A DNA stretch of 64,000 nt from Guillardia theta CCMP2712 (lineage: Eukaryota; Protista; Cryptophyta): contig NW_005434560.1 in NCBI RefSeq assembly GCF_000315625.1, positions 128,020 to 192,019 of the forward strand. Direction: 5' to 3'. A program made the position numbers and the translations under genes. This document shows, in pieces, positions 49,424 to 59,676 of the stretch (position 1 is the stretch's first letter; every line of letters starts with the position of its first letter). The notes under the pieces were generated by a model. The model searched no databases and had not been told where the DNA came from. It saw only the letters and a program-made list of their open reading frames with translations.

Positions 49424-50029
49424 ATGGACGACCACTTCATTTACCCATCCCAAGCGACCTACCCCCACGGCGCGACGATGTGCACCCCGGCCTGCTACCT
49501 CCTCGCCTGCGGCATGCTGGGGGACTACGGCGTCCGCATCCCGCCCACCCGCGCGCAGATGGACGTCATCATGACGGTCGCCAGCCGGACGCAGAAGATC
49601 CTCATCGAGGGCAGCAACCAGCAGGAACGGCTCTTCTCCGTCTACCACGTGCTGGAGGCCATCGAGTCCCCAACGGGAGTGGGAGCGACCGAGGTGATGG
49701 GGACCGTCGACGCGCTGCCCGAGGGCTTCATCCAGAGCTTCGAGGACGATGGCGACCGCGGCTGTATCATCCGCGACCTCGGCACCGCCGTCCGATCTTT
49801 GCGGCCCAACCAGGCCCTCCTCATCACCGCCCATCACCACACGACGGCGCTGCTCAGGCCTGCCGGGGAGGACAGTGCCTTGTGGCACTTCGACCCGATG
49901 GTCGCCAGGCTCCTTCGCCTCCGAAACCCGGAGGAGGCGCTGCAGCTCATAACCACGACCATCCCTTCCAAGGAATACGCGGGGCTACTAGTTTACCAAA
50001 AAGGAGACCAAACAAGTAAAGATTTATAA
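49424..50029 (+). CDS. Herpesvirus tegument deubiquitinase-like (peptidase C76) fold protein
   Basis: SQ...GATMC, QMDVIM, ALLIT...TTAL...WHFDPM, in the same order as UL36/M48/BPLF1 motifs. Confidence 0.6.
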   Translation: MDDHFIYPSQATYPHGATMCTPACYLLACGMLGDYGVRIPPTRAQMDVIMTVASRTQKILIEGSNQQERLFSVYHVLEAIESPTGVGATEVMGTVDALPEGFIQSFEDDGDRGCIIRDLGTAVRSLRPNQALLITAHHHTTALLRPAGEDSALWHFDPMVARLLRLRNPEEALQLITTTIPSKEYAGLLVYQKGDQTSKDL

Positions 50030-51373
50030 GAACGGCCTCGGCATCAGCCCTATAGTGTTGCCCTCCACCCTCCAGCGGTTGCCGAGCTCCACGGCGATGG
50101 ACCTTCCCTGGAACGCCTCCGTGACGCAGGGCGCGGAGAAGGAGAACTTCATGTTCAGCTCCGCGCCCACGGTCGACACCTCCAGCCCGCTCGGGTCGTA
50201 GTTCTTGGCCATCGAGCCCTGCACGCAGCGGATGTAGGGCCTGCGGCGGGACATGGCCAGGCCGACCCACGCCTCCGCCTCCCCGACCTCCGCCGCCGTC
50301 ATCTCCCGCCGCAGCTCGTCGTTGAGCTGCTGCAGGTGCACCTCCGACTTGAGGTAGGCGCCGTTGTGCTTGCCCGTCAGCCTCCGCGCTTCGTCCGAGA
50401 GCGGCTCGGGGCGCATCCGCAGCACCTCCCGCAGGACCTGGTTCTCCAGGTGCTTGGCGCTCACCTGCTTGGCATGGCGGAGGAGGTTGGCCGCCTGCGC
50501 GCAGACCAGGTCGTAGCGGTTGCTGCCCTTCCTCGTGTCGATCTGGTTCAACTCCGCGGTGTGGACGTGGGTCGACCAGCCCGCCGGCACCTCCCCTCCC
50601 GCCATTTTCACCACCGTGCAGCACAGGGCGTCGTTGGAGGACGGGCCAACGGGGAGGAGGACCGAGTCGAGCGTGTAGGTCTCCGCGCCCCTCCGCGCCG
50701 TGATGCAGTGGCGGACGATGTCCAGGCCGACCCTCTCCATGAGCCCGGACACTGCCCTGCACGCCCGCGCCTGCGCCGCCCACTCCAGCTCGTGCGAGCC
50801 GTTGCCGCGCACCATGCTCCTCGCGCAGACCAGGCAGGGGCCAATCTTGGACTGGACCTCCCACGGGCCGAAGCGGTCCCCGGCCCTCGCCACCTCCGCA
50901 AAGATCAGCGCGCCCATGAGGTTGTGGGGCACGGGCTCTTCCCTCCCTTCTGTCTTCTGGATCTCCTCCCCCTCCGAAACCCCGCGCAGGTGCCGCTGCA
51001 TGGCGCTCCTCACTTCTTCGTGCTCTCCGAACAGGCTGCTCCCGGGCGCCAGAAGGCGGGAGAGCATCGCTCCGCTCGAGGCAAAGTCGTCCCGGCCCGG
51101 CACCCCAACGGGGAGCTTCATCATCGCGGAGCCCAGCACCCTCCCGCATCCGTCCGCCCCGCTCAGCGTCAGCGTGCTCCGGACCAGAGTATGGCAGTCA
51201 TCCGCCCCAAGAATCCGTGTCCGCGGCTGCATTCCTCCCTCCGCAATCTCGTTCAAGGTCGTCACGATGGCCTCGCTCTCGAAGCGGTGGAGGTTATCCA
51301 GCTCGCCCACGTGCTTGTGGCGCTCTACCTGCTTCGAAGACTGCCTGTACGACATCCGGTCCACAGCAACCAT
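50024..51373 (-). CDS. Hypothetical protein (449 aa)
   Basis: GC3-rich long ORF; CATATTTAG upstream. Confidence 0.7.
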   Translation of the reverse strand: MVAVDRMSYRQSSKQVERHKHVGELDNLHRFESEAIVTTLNEIAEGGMQPRTRILGADDCHTLVRSTLTLSGADGCGRVLGSAMMKLPVGVPGRDDFASSGAMLSRLLAPGSSLFGEHEEVRSAMQRHLRGVSEGEEIQKTEGREEPVPHNLMGALIFAEVARAGDRFGPWEVQSKIGPCLVCARSMVRGNGSHELEWAAQARACRAVSGLMERVGLDIVRHCITARRGAETYTLDSVLLPVGPSSNDALCCTVVKMAGGEVPAGWSTHVHTAELNQIDTRKGSNRYDLVCAQAANLLRHAKQVSAKHLENQVLREVLRMRPEPLSDEARRLTGKHNGAYLKSEVHLQQLNDELRREMTAAEVGEAEAWVGLAMSRRRPYIRCVQGSMAKNYDPSGLEVSTVGAELNMKFSFSAPCVTEAFQGRSIAVELGNRWRVEGNTIGLMPRPFL

Positions 51374-51406
51374 GCGGCCCGGCTCCCACGTCCGTCCTAA
51401 ATATGC

Positions 51407-53137
51407 TCAGCCTGCCACAGAAGTTCGCCCCACCGCGCGGAGGCGCTCGTACGAGGATGGCAGGGGGGGGCGGCACAGGAGAAGGCAGAGGAGGAAAATA
51501 GCGGCCCCTGCGAGGAGGATGACGACAACAAATCCTCCTCTGAATTTCCCCTTCACGGGCTCCACCCGCACCGTCATCTCCCGCACGTAGATGTCCATCC
51601 CCCACAGCCCGCGCACCTCCGTGCTGTTCACCATCGCCACCCCGGACTGGAAGATCGAGTTCACCACGTCCCCCAGCGTCAGCCCCTGCGAGTCGAGGTA
51701 GACGACCACCTCCAGCGCCAGCGCGTTGATCGGCGGGGGCGCGGAGAGCTGCCTTCTCGGGATCGCCGAACCCCCTCCAACCGAGATGGACACCCTCCCC
51801 GACCTTCTTGCGACGGGGTAGACACCGACGTCCACCGTTGACTCCTGGTCAAAGACCCCCATGCCCTGCAGCCAGTCTGGGAAGGCGTACGGCTCGGACC
51901 GCCCGTCCCGCAGGAACACCGTCTGCAGGCCGTCTATGGCAGTCCCGGGAAATTTCCTCTCATACAGCGACCGCAGCGTCTGCATATAGACGCGCCACTC
52001 CCGGGCATACTTGGTGTCGCGCAGCTCCGCCACCGCCCGCACCCCCACCGCCCGGCCCGCGATCCCCGCCGCCTCCCGCGCGAGCCCCGCGCTCAGGTTG
52101 GCCGCCAGAGAGTCCAGCCAACGCGGCACAGAGGGTGCGGAGTCCATCGTCAGGTTCTGCGGCACGACCGCCTGCCCCAGCTCCAGCGATAGCTCCGTCG
52201 TGTTCATCAGCAGCCACAGGCTGTACCCCACCGCGATGCCGTCCGGAGGCGGGACCGCGCACACCGCCCCGGGCACCGAGCCGTACCCCTCCTTCCGCTC
52301 CATCTCCAGCGCGTGCAGCGGGTAGCTGTAGTAGCCGACGTCGCAGAACCACTCGCACACCCGTTCCCCGGAATCCGGGGACCTGTACCTGGCCAGCCAG
52401 AACGAGTGCTCGGGCTTGGGCTGCTGCAGGTCCACGCACTCCCTCACGTCCTGGTAGGACCGCTGGTACAGGTCGTCGATGTCCCGGAGCAGCACCGCCT
52501 GGTACGGGACCCACGCCAGGTTCAGCAGCCCCTCCCCGCCGCCCCCCTGGAACACCGCCGCGAACCTCAGATCAATCACATACTTGTTGTTCTCGTCCAG
52601 GTACTCCCTGCCGTACCTCTGCGCCTCTTCATGCGGGATGTGAAGCACCCCTGTCTGGAAATCAAAGGCAATGTGCGAAGACGGCCGGATACCCCCGTAG
52701 GAGGACAGGGAAGAGCCCACCAGTGCAGCCGCCCACTCTCCAACGTGCCCCTCGCAGTCTCCAATTCCGGACAGCGCAGAATACAGCGCGTCGTTGAAGT
52801 ACACGGTGGAATTCAGGAAGTCGCCGTAACAGCAATACCCCCTGGTCACCCCGCACCATGGCGCCACCTCACTAAAGAAATTCAGGCTCGGCCCCGTCGG
52901 CGAGCGCTGGTCAAGGAGGAAAGGCACATACGGAGTGGCACCAGAGCCGCTCTCGAACGTCAAGTGGATCGACCAGACCCTGCTCGTATAATTGTACTGT
53001 ACACTCGCGGCCGAGTGCAGCGTCGCCGTGCTCATCACGTTGACGCCCCCCAGCGTGGGCATGAAGCCCTGCGGACGGACCCCCACGGGCAGCTGCCAGA
53101 GGGCCAACACACAAGATAGCCACCCCACACGATTCAT
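51407..53137 (-). CDS. Type I membrane glycoprotein
   Basis: Signal peptide, CEWFCDVGYY module, RRQL motif, C-terminal TM; GTATAAAAG upstream. Confidence 0.8.
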   Translation of the reverse strand: MNRVGWLSCVLALWQLPVGVRPQGFMPTLGGVNVMSTATLHSAASVQYNYTSRVWSIHLTFESGSGATPYVPFLLDQRSPTGPSLNFFSEVAPWCGVTRGYCCYGDFLNSTVYFNDALYSALSGIGDCEGHVGEWAAALVGSSLSSYGGIRPSSHIAFDFQTGVLHIPHEEAQRYGREYLDENNKYVIDLRFAAVFQGGGGEGLLNLAWVPYQAVLLRDIDDLYQRSYQDVRECVDLQQPKPEHSFWLARYRSPDSGERVCEWFCDVGYYSYPLHALEMERKEGYGSVPGAVCAVPPPDGIAVGYSLWLLMNTTELSLELGQAVVPQNLTMDSAPSVPRWLDSLAANLSAGLAREAAGIAGRAVGVRAVAELRDTKYAREWRVYMQTLRSLYERKFPGTAIDGLQTVFLRDGRSEPYAFPDWLQGMGVFDQESTVDVGVYPVARRSGRVSISVGGGSAIPRRQLSAPPPINALALEVVVYLDSQGLTLGDVVNSIFQSGVAMVNSTEVRGLWGMDIYVREMTVRVEPVKGKFRGGFVVVILLAGAAIFLLCLLLCRPPLPSSYERLRAVGRTSVAG

Positions 53138-53244
53138 CCTCTCTAAGAAACACCCCAAACAACCCCTTTATACGAGGCCAAAACACACAAATATTATAAT
53201 CTACGTGATTTACTCACTTACAAGAACAGGGACTACCATCGATC

Positions 53245-54285
53245 CTACTTTTTATGGTTCATTATCGCGTCGATTTGCTGAATCCTCACCGGAAACGTCC
53301 TGATTTTCCGATGCATCACATACTTGCGATGCATGGGAGGCACCAGAACCATCGCCACAGCTGCGAAGACGCTGTACGGAAGCATGGGGTCGTAGAACGC
53401 ACGGGGAAGATACCATTCAGAGCCCGTGTCTTCTTCGATGCGCAATGTTTGGTTGTACCAGAAGGTGTGGTTTGCAGGGCAAACTCCCTGGGTGAATTTC
53501 CAGGAATAGTACTGAACCAGGGGGTAATTCTTTGGCATCACGTACCTGGAAGACCTGGCACTGTACAGCAAGGTGTGGTTTTCCGGGCAGACCCCCTCAG
53601 AAGGCGTGGAAGGCTGCGCGTAGCGGTCTTGCTTCGGTATGGGGTTGCCACCAGGCTCGAAGAAGCCCGGGATGTACATGCTCAGCGCGGAGTAGACGAG
53701 CATGGCCTTCGAGCCACCGAGTCCAGCGCCGAGGACCTTGACGATGGACTTCATAAATTTCACCTTCCACTCCAAGGTCCACGGCTGGGTCAACCCGGTG
53801 TAGCCCGGGATGAACATCGCCAGAACGGACAGCAAGAGCATCACCCTCGCGGGGGTGACGCGGGGCATGGAGCCCTTGAGATCGGGCCAAGAAGGCTTCT
53901 GCACGGCTTCTGGCTCCGGCACATTTGCCGGTGGAACATCGTTTTCCTGCTCTGAAGCACGTTCCAAGGCAGACAACAGGTTCCGACGCACGGAAGATAC
54001 ACCGGAAGACGCAGGCAAAATTTGGGGTGGCCTGTATTCCTCTGTGGGTGGTCCAGAAAGAGGGTTTCCTGCAGAGCCGCTTGCATCATTCAAGGATTCA
54101 GGCGTTCTACTGGACCTCAACCTCACCGTGTTGTTTTTAGGTTGTTTTTCTCTCTCTTCCACTGCACGCAAGAGTTCTTGCGTTTTCATATCCCATTCAT
54201 CATTAGTCATGCGCCTTTTCGTTTTTTTACCCATTCTGTCCCCATCGTTGATTCTTTTGCGTTTAGGCATAACAGATGATGACAT
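53245..54285 (-). CDS. Membrane protein with basic NLS-like N-terminus (possible inner nuclear membrane protein)
   Basis: PKRKR...KKTKRR, 2-3 TMs, duplicated GVCPxNHTxxY; TATTTAA at 54312-54318. Confidence 0.65.
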   Translation of the reverse strand: MSSSVMPKRKRINDGDRMGKKTKRRMTNDEWDMKTQELLRAVEEREKQPKNNTVRLRSSRTPESLNDASGSAGNPLSGPPTEEYRPPQILPASSGVSSVRRNLLSALERASEQENDVPPANVPEPEAVQKPSWPDLKGSMPRVTPARVMLLLSVLAMFIPGYTGLTQPWTLEWKVKFMKSIVKVLGAGLGGSKAMLVYSALSMYIPGFFEPGGNPIPKQDRYAQPSTPSEGVCPENHTLLYSARSSRYVMPKNYPLVQYYSWKFTQGVCPANHTFWYNQTLRIEEDTGSEWYLPRAFYDPMLPYSVFAAVAMVLVPPMHRKYVMHRKIRTFPVRIQQIDAIMNHKK

Positions 54286-54336
54286 ATCAAACCAGGCCAA
54301 CCCCACGTCGCTTAAATACACACCGCACCGACCCAT

Positions 54337-54957
54337 TCAAACCAGCCCCGCCTCTTCCAGGCGGATCTTGTAGGCGTGTATACAAACGTTGAGCCAGTAG
54401 GGACGGCGGGCAAGGTCTTCTAAGCCAACATCCAGGTGCTTCCTAAACTCATCTGGAGCTCCAGAGGCCCAGTCGGGGCTGTCCATCTTGGTCAGCCGGC
54501 ACAGCGCGAGGAAGTGGTCGGCGGCGGCGGTGTTGACGGGGTGGGAAGGGTGGATGTCGGCCATGGGGGCAAAGCGCAGGTCGATCTCCTCGTGCATCGC
54601 GTACACCTTGGCAAGGTCGCGGAGATACCGGCACATCTCCTGGTACACCCGCTCCTTGGAGGCATCCGTCCACTCCCAGGGCGGGAGCTCGGGGGAGCAA
54701 CCCGTGTCGATGTCCTTCAGCGCAGCCCTGAGCCTTCGTAGTAGGTCCAGTTTCTTCCTCTTCATGGCATCCCTCTCCTCGTCGCTGAACGCCGCCGAGC
54801 TGTAGATCGACTGGCGGATCATCTCAAACAGCAGATCGAAGCCGTTCGTCACGCGATCCTCCCCGCTCTCCTCGTGCAGCGTCAGGACTGGCAGCGGCGC
54901 GCACTCCTGGCTAGCGATGAAGAAGCTGATGAACTCCTCCAGGCTGTTCCACGACAT
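54337..54957 (-). CDS. Hypothetical protein
   Basis: 206 aa, GC3-rich. Confidence 0.65.
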   Translation of the reverse strand: MSWNSLEEFISFFIASQECAPLPVLTLHEESGEDRVTNGFDLLFEMIRQSIYSSAAFSDEERDAMKRKKLDLLRRLRAALKDIDTGCSPELPPWEWTDASKERVYQEMCRYLRDLAKVYAMHEEIDLRFAPMADIHPSHPVNTAAADHFLALCRLTKMDSPDWASGAPDEFRKHLDVGLEDLARRPYWLNVCIHAYKIRLEEAGLV

Positions 54958-55062
54958 ACCTGGGAGAAAATCAGCAACCCGCCGCCCACCTTGCCCGTTC
55001 CTATCTTTTTTTCCAAATCATATTTAAATCGGACAACACAGCATCAGACACCGAAAACGACA

Positions 55063-55413
55063 ATGTTCACTTACAACATTCCTATTGGAGGGTATACCTG
55101 GGGAGGTTATGGCAAGCGTAAGAGAACCGAAGTCCCGCTCACACCCAAGATGAACGACAAAGGCGAATTGCACTTTCGCTACGAGTGGAAATCTGAGCAC
55201 TTCAAGATGAATTACGAAGACCGCATCCCGTGCAACATAAGGGTCAAATTCTTTGACAATCACATTCACATTCTCGAGGTCCAGCTTGCCCAACACACCC
55301 GCCTTGCCAACGCTACAGGCAATCATTTATTTGCCAACGATACCAGCAAACGGATGCAACAAGAGATCAAACGCTTTGAGGATGACAGCAAGAATGAGAA
55401 ATTCTTTTACTAG
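55063..55413 (+). CDS. ORFan with KRKR NLS-like motif
   Basis: TATTTAAA at 55021-55028. Confidence 0.6.
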   Translation: MFTYNIPIGGYTWGGYGKRKRTEVPLTPKMNDKGELHFRYEWKSEHFKMNYEDRIPCNIRVKFFDNHIHILEVQLAQHTRLANATGNHLFANDTSKRMQQEIKRFEDDSKNEKFFY

Positions 55414-55474
55414 ACAGCGTCATATTCGACTCTTTGGTAGACCTACCCTTTCTAAATCTTAGAATAAAAGGCCC

Positions 55475-56890
55475 TTAATCGTTATCCTCGGCATCCCTTC
55501 CTCGATTCGTACTCCGGCGCATCAGCCTGGCCCAGGCGTAGAACCTGGCGAGGCCCTTCTTCAGCACCGGCTGCTTCTCGATGTCGTAGGTATCGGACAG
55601 GTCGGTGACGCGCACGACGGCCTCTCTATAGGTCGCCTGGAGCACTTCCGACAGATTCCCGATGGGGTAGGACAGGAAGCAGCCCCCCGAGGCCCTCACT
55701 TTGGCGGAGAGAGGGCCGCGGAGCATCTGCTGCATCTGGCCGCAGTTCTGGTCGACGTGGTAGCCGCTCACGAAGCAATCATGGCTGATGCAGGCGTACA
55801 TCACCGCACCCTTGAGCCAAGCCGCGTCGGCGACGCAACTCCTCCTCGCCTGCATGTTCTCGAACTGCGAGATGCGGGATAGCGACGAGAACAGCGGGCC
55901 CAACAGCCTCACCCTTCCCTCCCGCACCTCCCGCACAAGGCCATCCAATCTCTCCTTGACATCCAGTGTATGGGGGATGTGGCGCACGCTTCGGAGGACG
56001 GAGACGATGGGACCCTTCTCCCCCAGCCACTCCCGATGCCTCCCCTGCGTGTCCCGCAGGAAGTAGCCCAAGTTATCCACTAGCAAGGCGATATCCTCCC
56101 GCGATTTCCAGACGACATCAGGGGCTTCGTCCACCCGCCTATGCAACAGGTCCCCGTCCACCCACTCACAGCCGAACGGAAGCTGCAGGAATCCCTCCCT
56201 GTCACGGCGGAAGCGCGGGTTGCTGCCCCCACCCCGCTCCGTCGCAAACAGCGAGGCGCGGGAGATGTTCTCGACGATCGCCCACCGCGCCTGACTCTTT
56301 GCCAGCCTTGCGCAGGCGAAGTAGACATGCCACCCTCCCCCGGTGAAGCACACCAGCACGTGGCGCTCGGTCGCCTCCGCGGGCATGAAGCGCCGCAGCA
56401 CCGCGTTCGCGAGGAGGCAGGTCATGAACGCCTGCTGCTTCCAGAAGGGCTCCACGCTCATCGCCGAGTCGATATCCAGGCTCAGCACGCGGAAGGCGGG
56501 CGCGAAGCCGTGGGTCATGATCCGCTCCCGGTGGATGGGATGGTTGTACTCACAGCCGAAGTGGAAGCTCCTGAGAGGGTCGAGGTACTTCCGGACGAAG
56601 GCCCTCAAATCCGCCACTTCCACCTTCCGTATCTTCGACCTGTCTGTCTCCAGCATCACGTCCGCGCAGGTGACATTGCCCCGGAAGAACGTCTGCTGCA
56701 CCACCGCGAAGAAGGGTGTCGAGAGCAGGCAGCGGTACAGCACACGGAGGCCGTGCTCGACGGGGTCCACTGGGATAGAGGCGCTAGAAATGACTGAAAG
56801 CTTTTCGGTGGGTATGATGAAGGCCTTCTCCTCCTCGGGATACTCCTGGAGGGGCTCTGTGGGAAGGTCAAGCGGATGGAGTGCATTCAT
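55475..56890 (-). CDS. Archaeo-eukaryotic primase (AEP) catalytic subunit
   Basis: Motif I LSLDID, motif II FTGGGWHVYF, motif III VD...MLRGPLS. Confidence 0.75.
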   Translation of the reverse strand: MNALHPLDLPTEPLQEYPEEEKAFIIPTEKLSVISSASIPVDPVEHGLRVLYRCLLSTPFFAVVQQTFFRGNVTCADVMLETDRSKIRKVEVADLRAFVRKYLDPLRSFHFGCEYNHPIHRERIMTHGFAPAFRVLSLDIDSAMSVEPFWKQQAFMTCLLANAVLRRFMPAEATERHVLVCFTGGGWHVYFACARLAKSQARWAIVENISRASLFATERGGGSNPRFRRDREGFLQLPFGCEWVDGDLLHRRVDEAPDVVWKSREDIALLVDNLGYFLRDTQGRHREWLGEKGPIVSVLRSVRHIPHTLDVKERLDGLVREVREGRVRLLGPLFSSLSRISQFENMQARRSCVADAAWLKGAVMYACISHDCFVSGYHVDQNCGQMQQMLRGPLSAKVRASGGCFLSYPIGNLSEVLQATYREAVVRVTDLSDTYDIEKQPVLKKGLARFYAWARLMRRSTNRGRDAEDND

Positions 56891-56954
56891 CCTTTGGCAG
56901 GATCGTGCAGATGCAGGGAGATGGCTACATGGAGGCAATTAAAAAGACAGACCA

Positions 56955-57050
56955 GGGGAGTTTTTTTTTCGATAAGACTTTTTTATTTTTTTTTTCGATG
57001 TCATTTTTTTCGACGGGGAGTTTTTTTTTCTAGATGGGTCAATAAAAAGC
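56955..57050. promoter_or_regulatory. Poly(dT)-CGA repeat intergenic element (divergent promoter)
   Basis: GGGGAG(T)n x2 and (T)nCGA x3, then GTCAATAAAAAG. Confidence 0.5.
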
Positions 57051-57079
57051 CGACGAGCCCGGAACCACCCCAGAAAACC

Positions 57080-57472
57080 ATGGCCACGAGCTGTATCGAT
57101 CTGTGGAATCATGATATGAACGTCTTGAACCACTACACTGATATTCTGAACAAGAATAACGAATTGGAAGATCCCTACGCGAGGGAGGCACTGAGAATCG
57201 AGAAGAAGATTGCCAGGAACAACATCCCCATCCCGCTCTACCGCATGCTGGTAAACGCGATCAACAACTTTCCAATGCTGAAGTACCACGTGAGGGCGAG
57301 CATCGAGAAGCTAGAGAAGATCCACGACTGTCTTTACCACATCAAGTATGAAGGAACCGAAAGGGACTGCATGAGGCGATCCGCCGAGATGATCCTGGAG
57401 CTCTACGCCAAGCTAGGTTGGGAGGATCTTCAGGCTCAGGCGTATTTATCCGAATATAAAAAAAGGCTCTGA
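57080..57472 (+). CDS. Hypothetical protein
   Basis: ACCATGG context, 130 aa. Confidence 0.6.
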   Translation: MATSCIDLWNHDMNVLNHYTDILNKNNELEDPYAREALRIEKKIARNNIPIPLYRMLVNAINNFPMLKYHVRASIEKLEKIHDCLYHIKYEGTERDCMRRSAEMILELYAKLGWEDLQAQAYLSEYKKRL

Positions 57473-57475
57473 ATC

Positions 57476-58030
57476 ATGGACCGCCCCATGGCTTTCCTTG
57501 CATACACCCAGTGCTACACCACCTTGCACGTCCACGGCAAGGGTCCAAGCTTCAAAGGGGTGCCAACCCCGGGGGCGCTGAACCTCTACATCAACGAGGC
57601 GGCGGACCACATCACGAACCCCCAGGTGGTTGCCTCCACGGACTCAGAGACCTGGGTCCAGCTCAATCGTGATCGCCTGGCCTCCGCCCAGTGGATCCTG
57701 ACGCCGCGCCACCCCTACATCGGCGGCAACGAGCAAAGCATCATCGACTTCAGGGACATCGCCCCGCTCCGCCACAGGGCCAACGTCGCCTGCTACAAGA
57801 TCGTGGGGAAATACGCCAGGACCATCACCAGCGCCCTCCGCCACATCCTCACCCAGAACTCCCAGATCAAGACTGTCGTGCTCGAGGGCGTCGGTATGGC
57901 TCCCGGGTACCATCACAGGTTCAAAAGCAAGAATCCCAGAGACGTGTTCCCCAGGGAAGCAGCCAGACGAGTCCGCGAGGAGGTGGAGGGAGAACTGTTG
58001 AGGTACGACGTCAACTACGAGTTCCGGTGA
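57476..58030 (+). CDS. MptE/Maf/sialyltransferase-like Rossmann-fold protein (tentative)
   Basis: VHGKGPSF, INEA, KTVVLEGV resemble GNGPSL, VN, KxIxLxGxD. Confidence 0.45.
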   Translation: MDRPMAFLAYTQCYTTLHVHGKGPSFKGVPTPGALNLYINEAADHITNPQVVASTDSETWVQLNRDRLASAQWILTPRHPYIGGNEQSIIDFRDIAPLRHRANVACYKIVGKYARTITSALRHILTQNSQIKTVVLEGVGMAPGYHHRFKSKNPRDVFPREAARRVREEVEGELLRYDVNYEFR

Positions 58031-58092
58031 GAACAAGAAATGGTGATTTATTATAATTCCGAACCAATCTAGGAAGTCTATACTGCGATTAC

Positions 58093-58479
58093 CTAATAAG
58101 GCAAGACGAGCTGCTCCTGGACAACCACGACGTCTTCAACGGGGCGTCCCTCGCAGAGTGCCTGGAACGCGTTGTACTCGGCGCTTGCACAATAACTCCT
58201 GTACATGAGAACCTTCGGATCCTCCGTGTGCCAGCGAAGGGTGTTGGCCTTGTTGCGCTGGAACGCAATGTAATCTTCGAGGTAGGCTTGGTACAAGCCA
58301 TTGTCCTTCATCATCTTTTGCTTAAGATGCTGCAGATGGGACTCTCTCTCTTTCTGAGTGAGCTTTCCGTTGAAAGTGATTTTTGCAGCAGACTTACCGT
58401 AGTACAAAGCCATGAGTTCGTACTCGAAGTCGGCGACAGATTGGTTTTCCTTGACGTAGTCAATAATCTTGAAAAACAT
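58093..58479 (-). CDS. ORFan
   Basis: TATTTAAA at ~58506-58513. Confidence 0.6.
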   Translation of the reverse strand: MFFKIIDYVKENQSVADFEYELMALYYGKSAAKITFNGKLTQKERESHLQHLKQKMMKDNGLYQAYLEDYIAFQRNKANTLRWHTEDPKVLMYRSYCASAEYNAFQALCEGRPVEDVVVVQEQLVLPY

Positions 58480-58631
58480 GGTTGAATGATGTTGACCGTA
58501 TTCAGTTTAAATACAAGACCATCAAGCAGATTTTTTGATTAAGTGAAAGGTCTACTGCTGCAATAAAGTTCGATATTAATATCTGGTACGAAATATTTAA
58601 GCGGCATGCCACCCCCATCATCACCTCTCCG

Positions 58632-58937
58632 ATGCTCATCATCATTGAATCCAAGGAACCCATCGTGCTCAAGCATACCGTCTCCCGTCCCGTCGACATC
58701 CCGGGCGGGATCAAACTGGAACACACCACTTCCAGTCCCATCACTATCCCAAGTGCCTACAACACCGAGAACATCCGCAACGAGTTCCACACGGCACTCG
58801 AAGGCTTCCAACGCACCGAACCCACTAACCCGATGCACCAATATTATGAAAATCACATGAACCATGCATTGTTTCTCCATCACGAAAGACTGAGAGAGGA
58901 AGAGACAATGTTCGCTTGGCATGTATTGACTCACTAA
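58632..58937 (+). CDS. ORFan
   Basis: TATTTAA at 58594-58600. Confidence 0.55.
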   Translation: MLIIIESKEPIVLKHTVSRPVDIPGGIKLEHTTSSPITIPSAYNTENIRNEFHTALEGFQRTEPTNPMHQYYENHMNHALFLHHERLREEETMFAWHVLTH

Positions 58938-59020
58938 AGTACCTTCAGTAAAAAAAAACAAAAAAAAACAGCGGCCTATAATCGCGTGCGGCGCTTCCCC
59001 GCGCACCTCTCTCCCCAGAG

Positions 59021-59638
59021 ATGCCCGTCACAAGCCGTCCCTCCTTCCACAACAGCAGCCCGACGCTGCTGAAGTGCTACTGCCTGGCCTTCTACTACAT
59101 TCCCACCCTGGTCGAGGTGGGGGGCTTCCACTTCGACAAGAGCCCCGCCCAGAGCTACCGCCTCACGGTAGCGCAGGCCTTCCTCTTCCCGGCCGTCACG
59201 CTCTTCCACCTGGTGGCGTGCTTCCTGCCCAGCCTGGTCTACACCTCGGGGGCCGACGGGAAGACACTGGAGTACGTCATGCACTTCCTGGAGGCGTGGG
59301 TGGTGTACACCGCGCTGCTCGTCCGCCTGGTCACCCTGGAGCCCAGCCTGGTGGTGCTGCTCGGCTGCTTCTGCAACATCCACGTGCTCTACACCATGGC
59401 GACCACGCTGGATGGCATCGGCAGGAGGGTCATCGTCGGTGGGAGCATCGCGCGCACGGCCACGGAGCTGCTCATCCTGGTCCTCCCGGTCGCGCTATCC
59501 TTCCTCGGAGGGCACGTCAGGACGCACCCCAAGGACCTCGTCCTCGTCGTCTTCACCCCGGAGCTTTACGGGATCGTCGTCGACGTCTTCAACTCCGTGT
59601 GTGACGGTATCCTGCGCGCCTTCACAGCCACACCCTAG
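59021..59638 (+). CDS. Polytopic membrane protein
   Basis: Several TM segments, GC3-rich. Confidence 0.65.
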   Translation: MPVTSRPSFHNSSPTLLKCYCLAFYYIPTLVEVGGFHFDKSPAQSYRLTVAQAFLFPAVTLFHLVACFLPSLVYTSGADGKTLEYVMHFLEAWVVYTALLVRLVTLEPSLVVLLGCFCNIHVLYTMATTLDGIGRRVIVGGSIARTATELLILVLPVALSFLGGHVRTHPKDLVLVVFTPELYGIVVDVFNSVCDGILRAFTATP

Positions 59639-59676
59639 GGTATATAAAACACTCCCACGGTGTAATTCTCTAGAAG

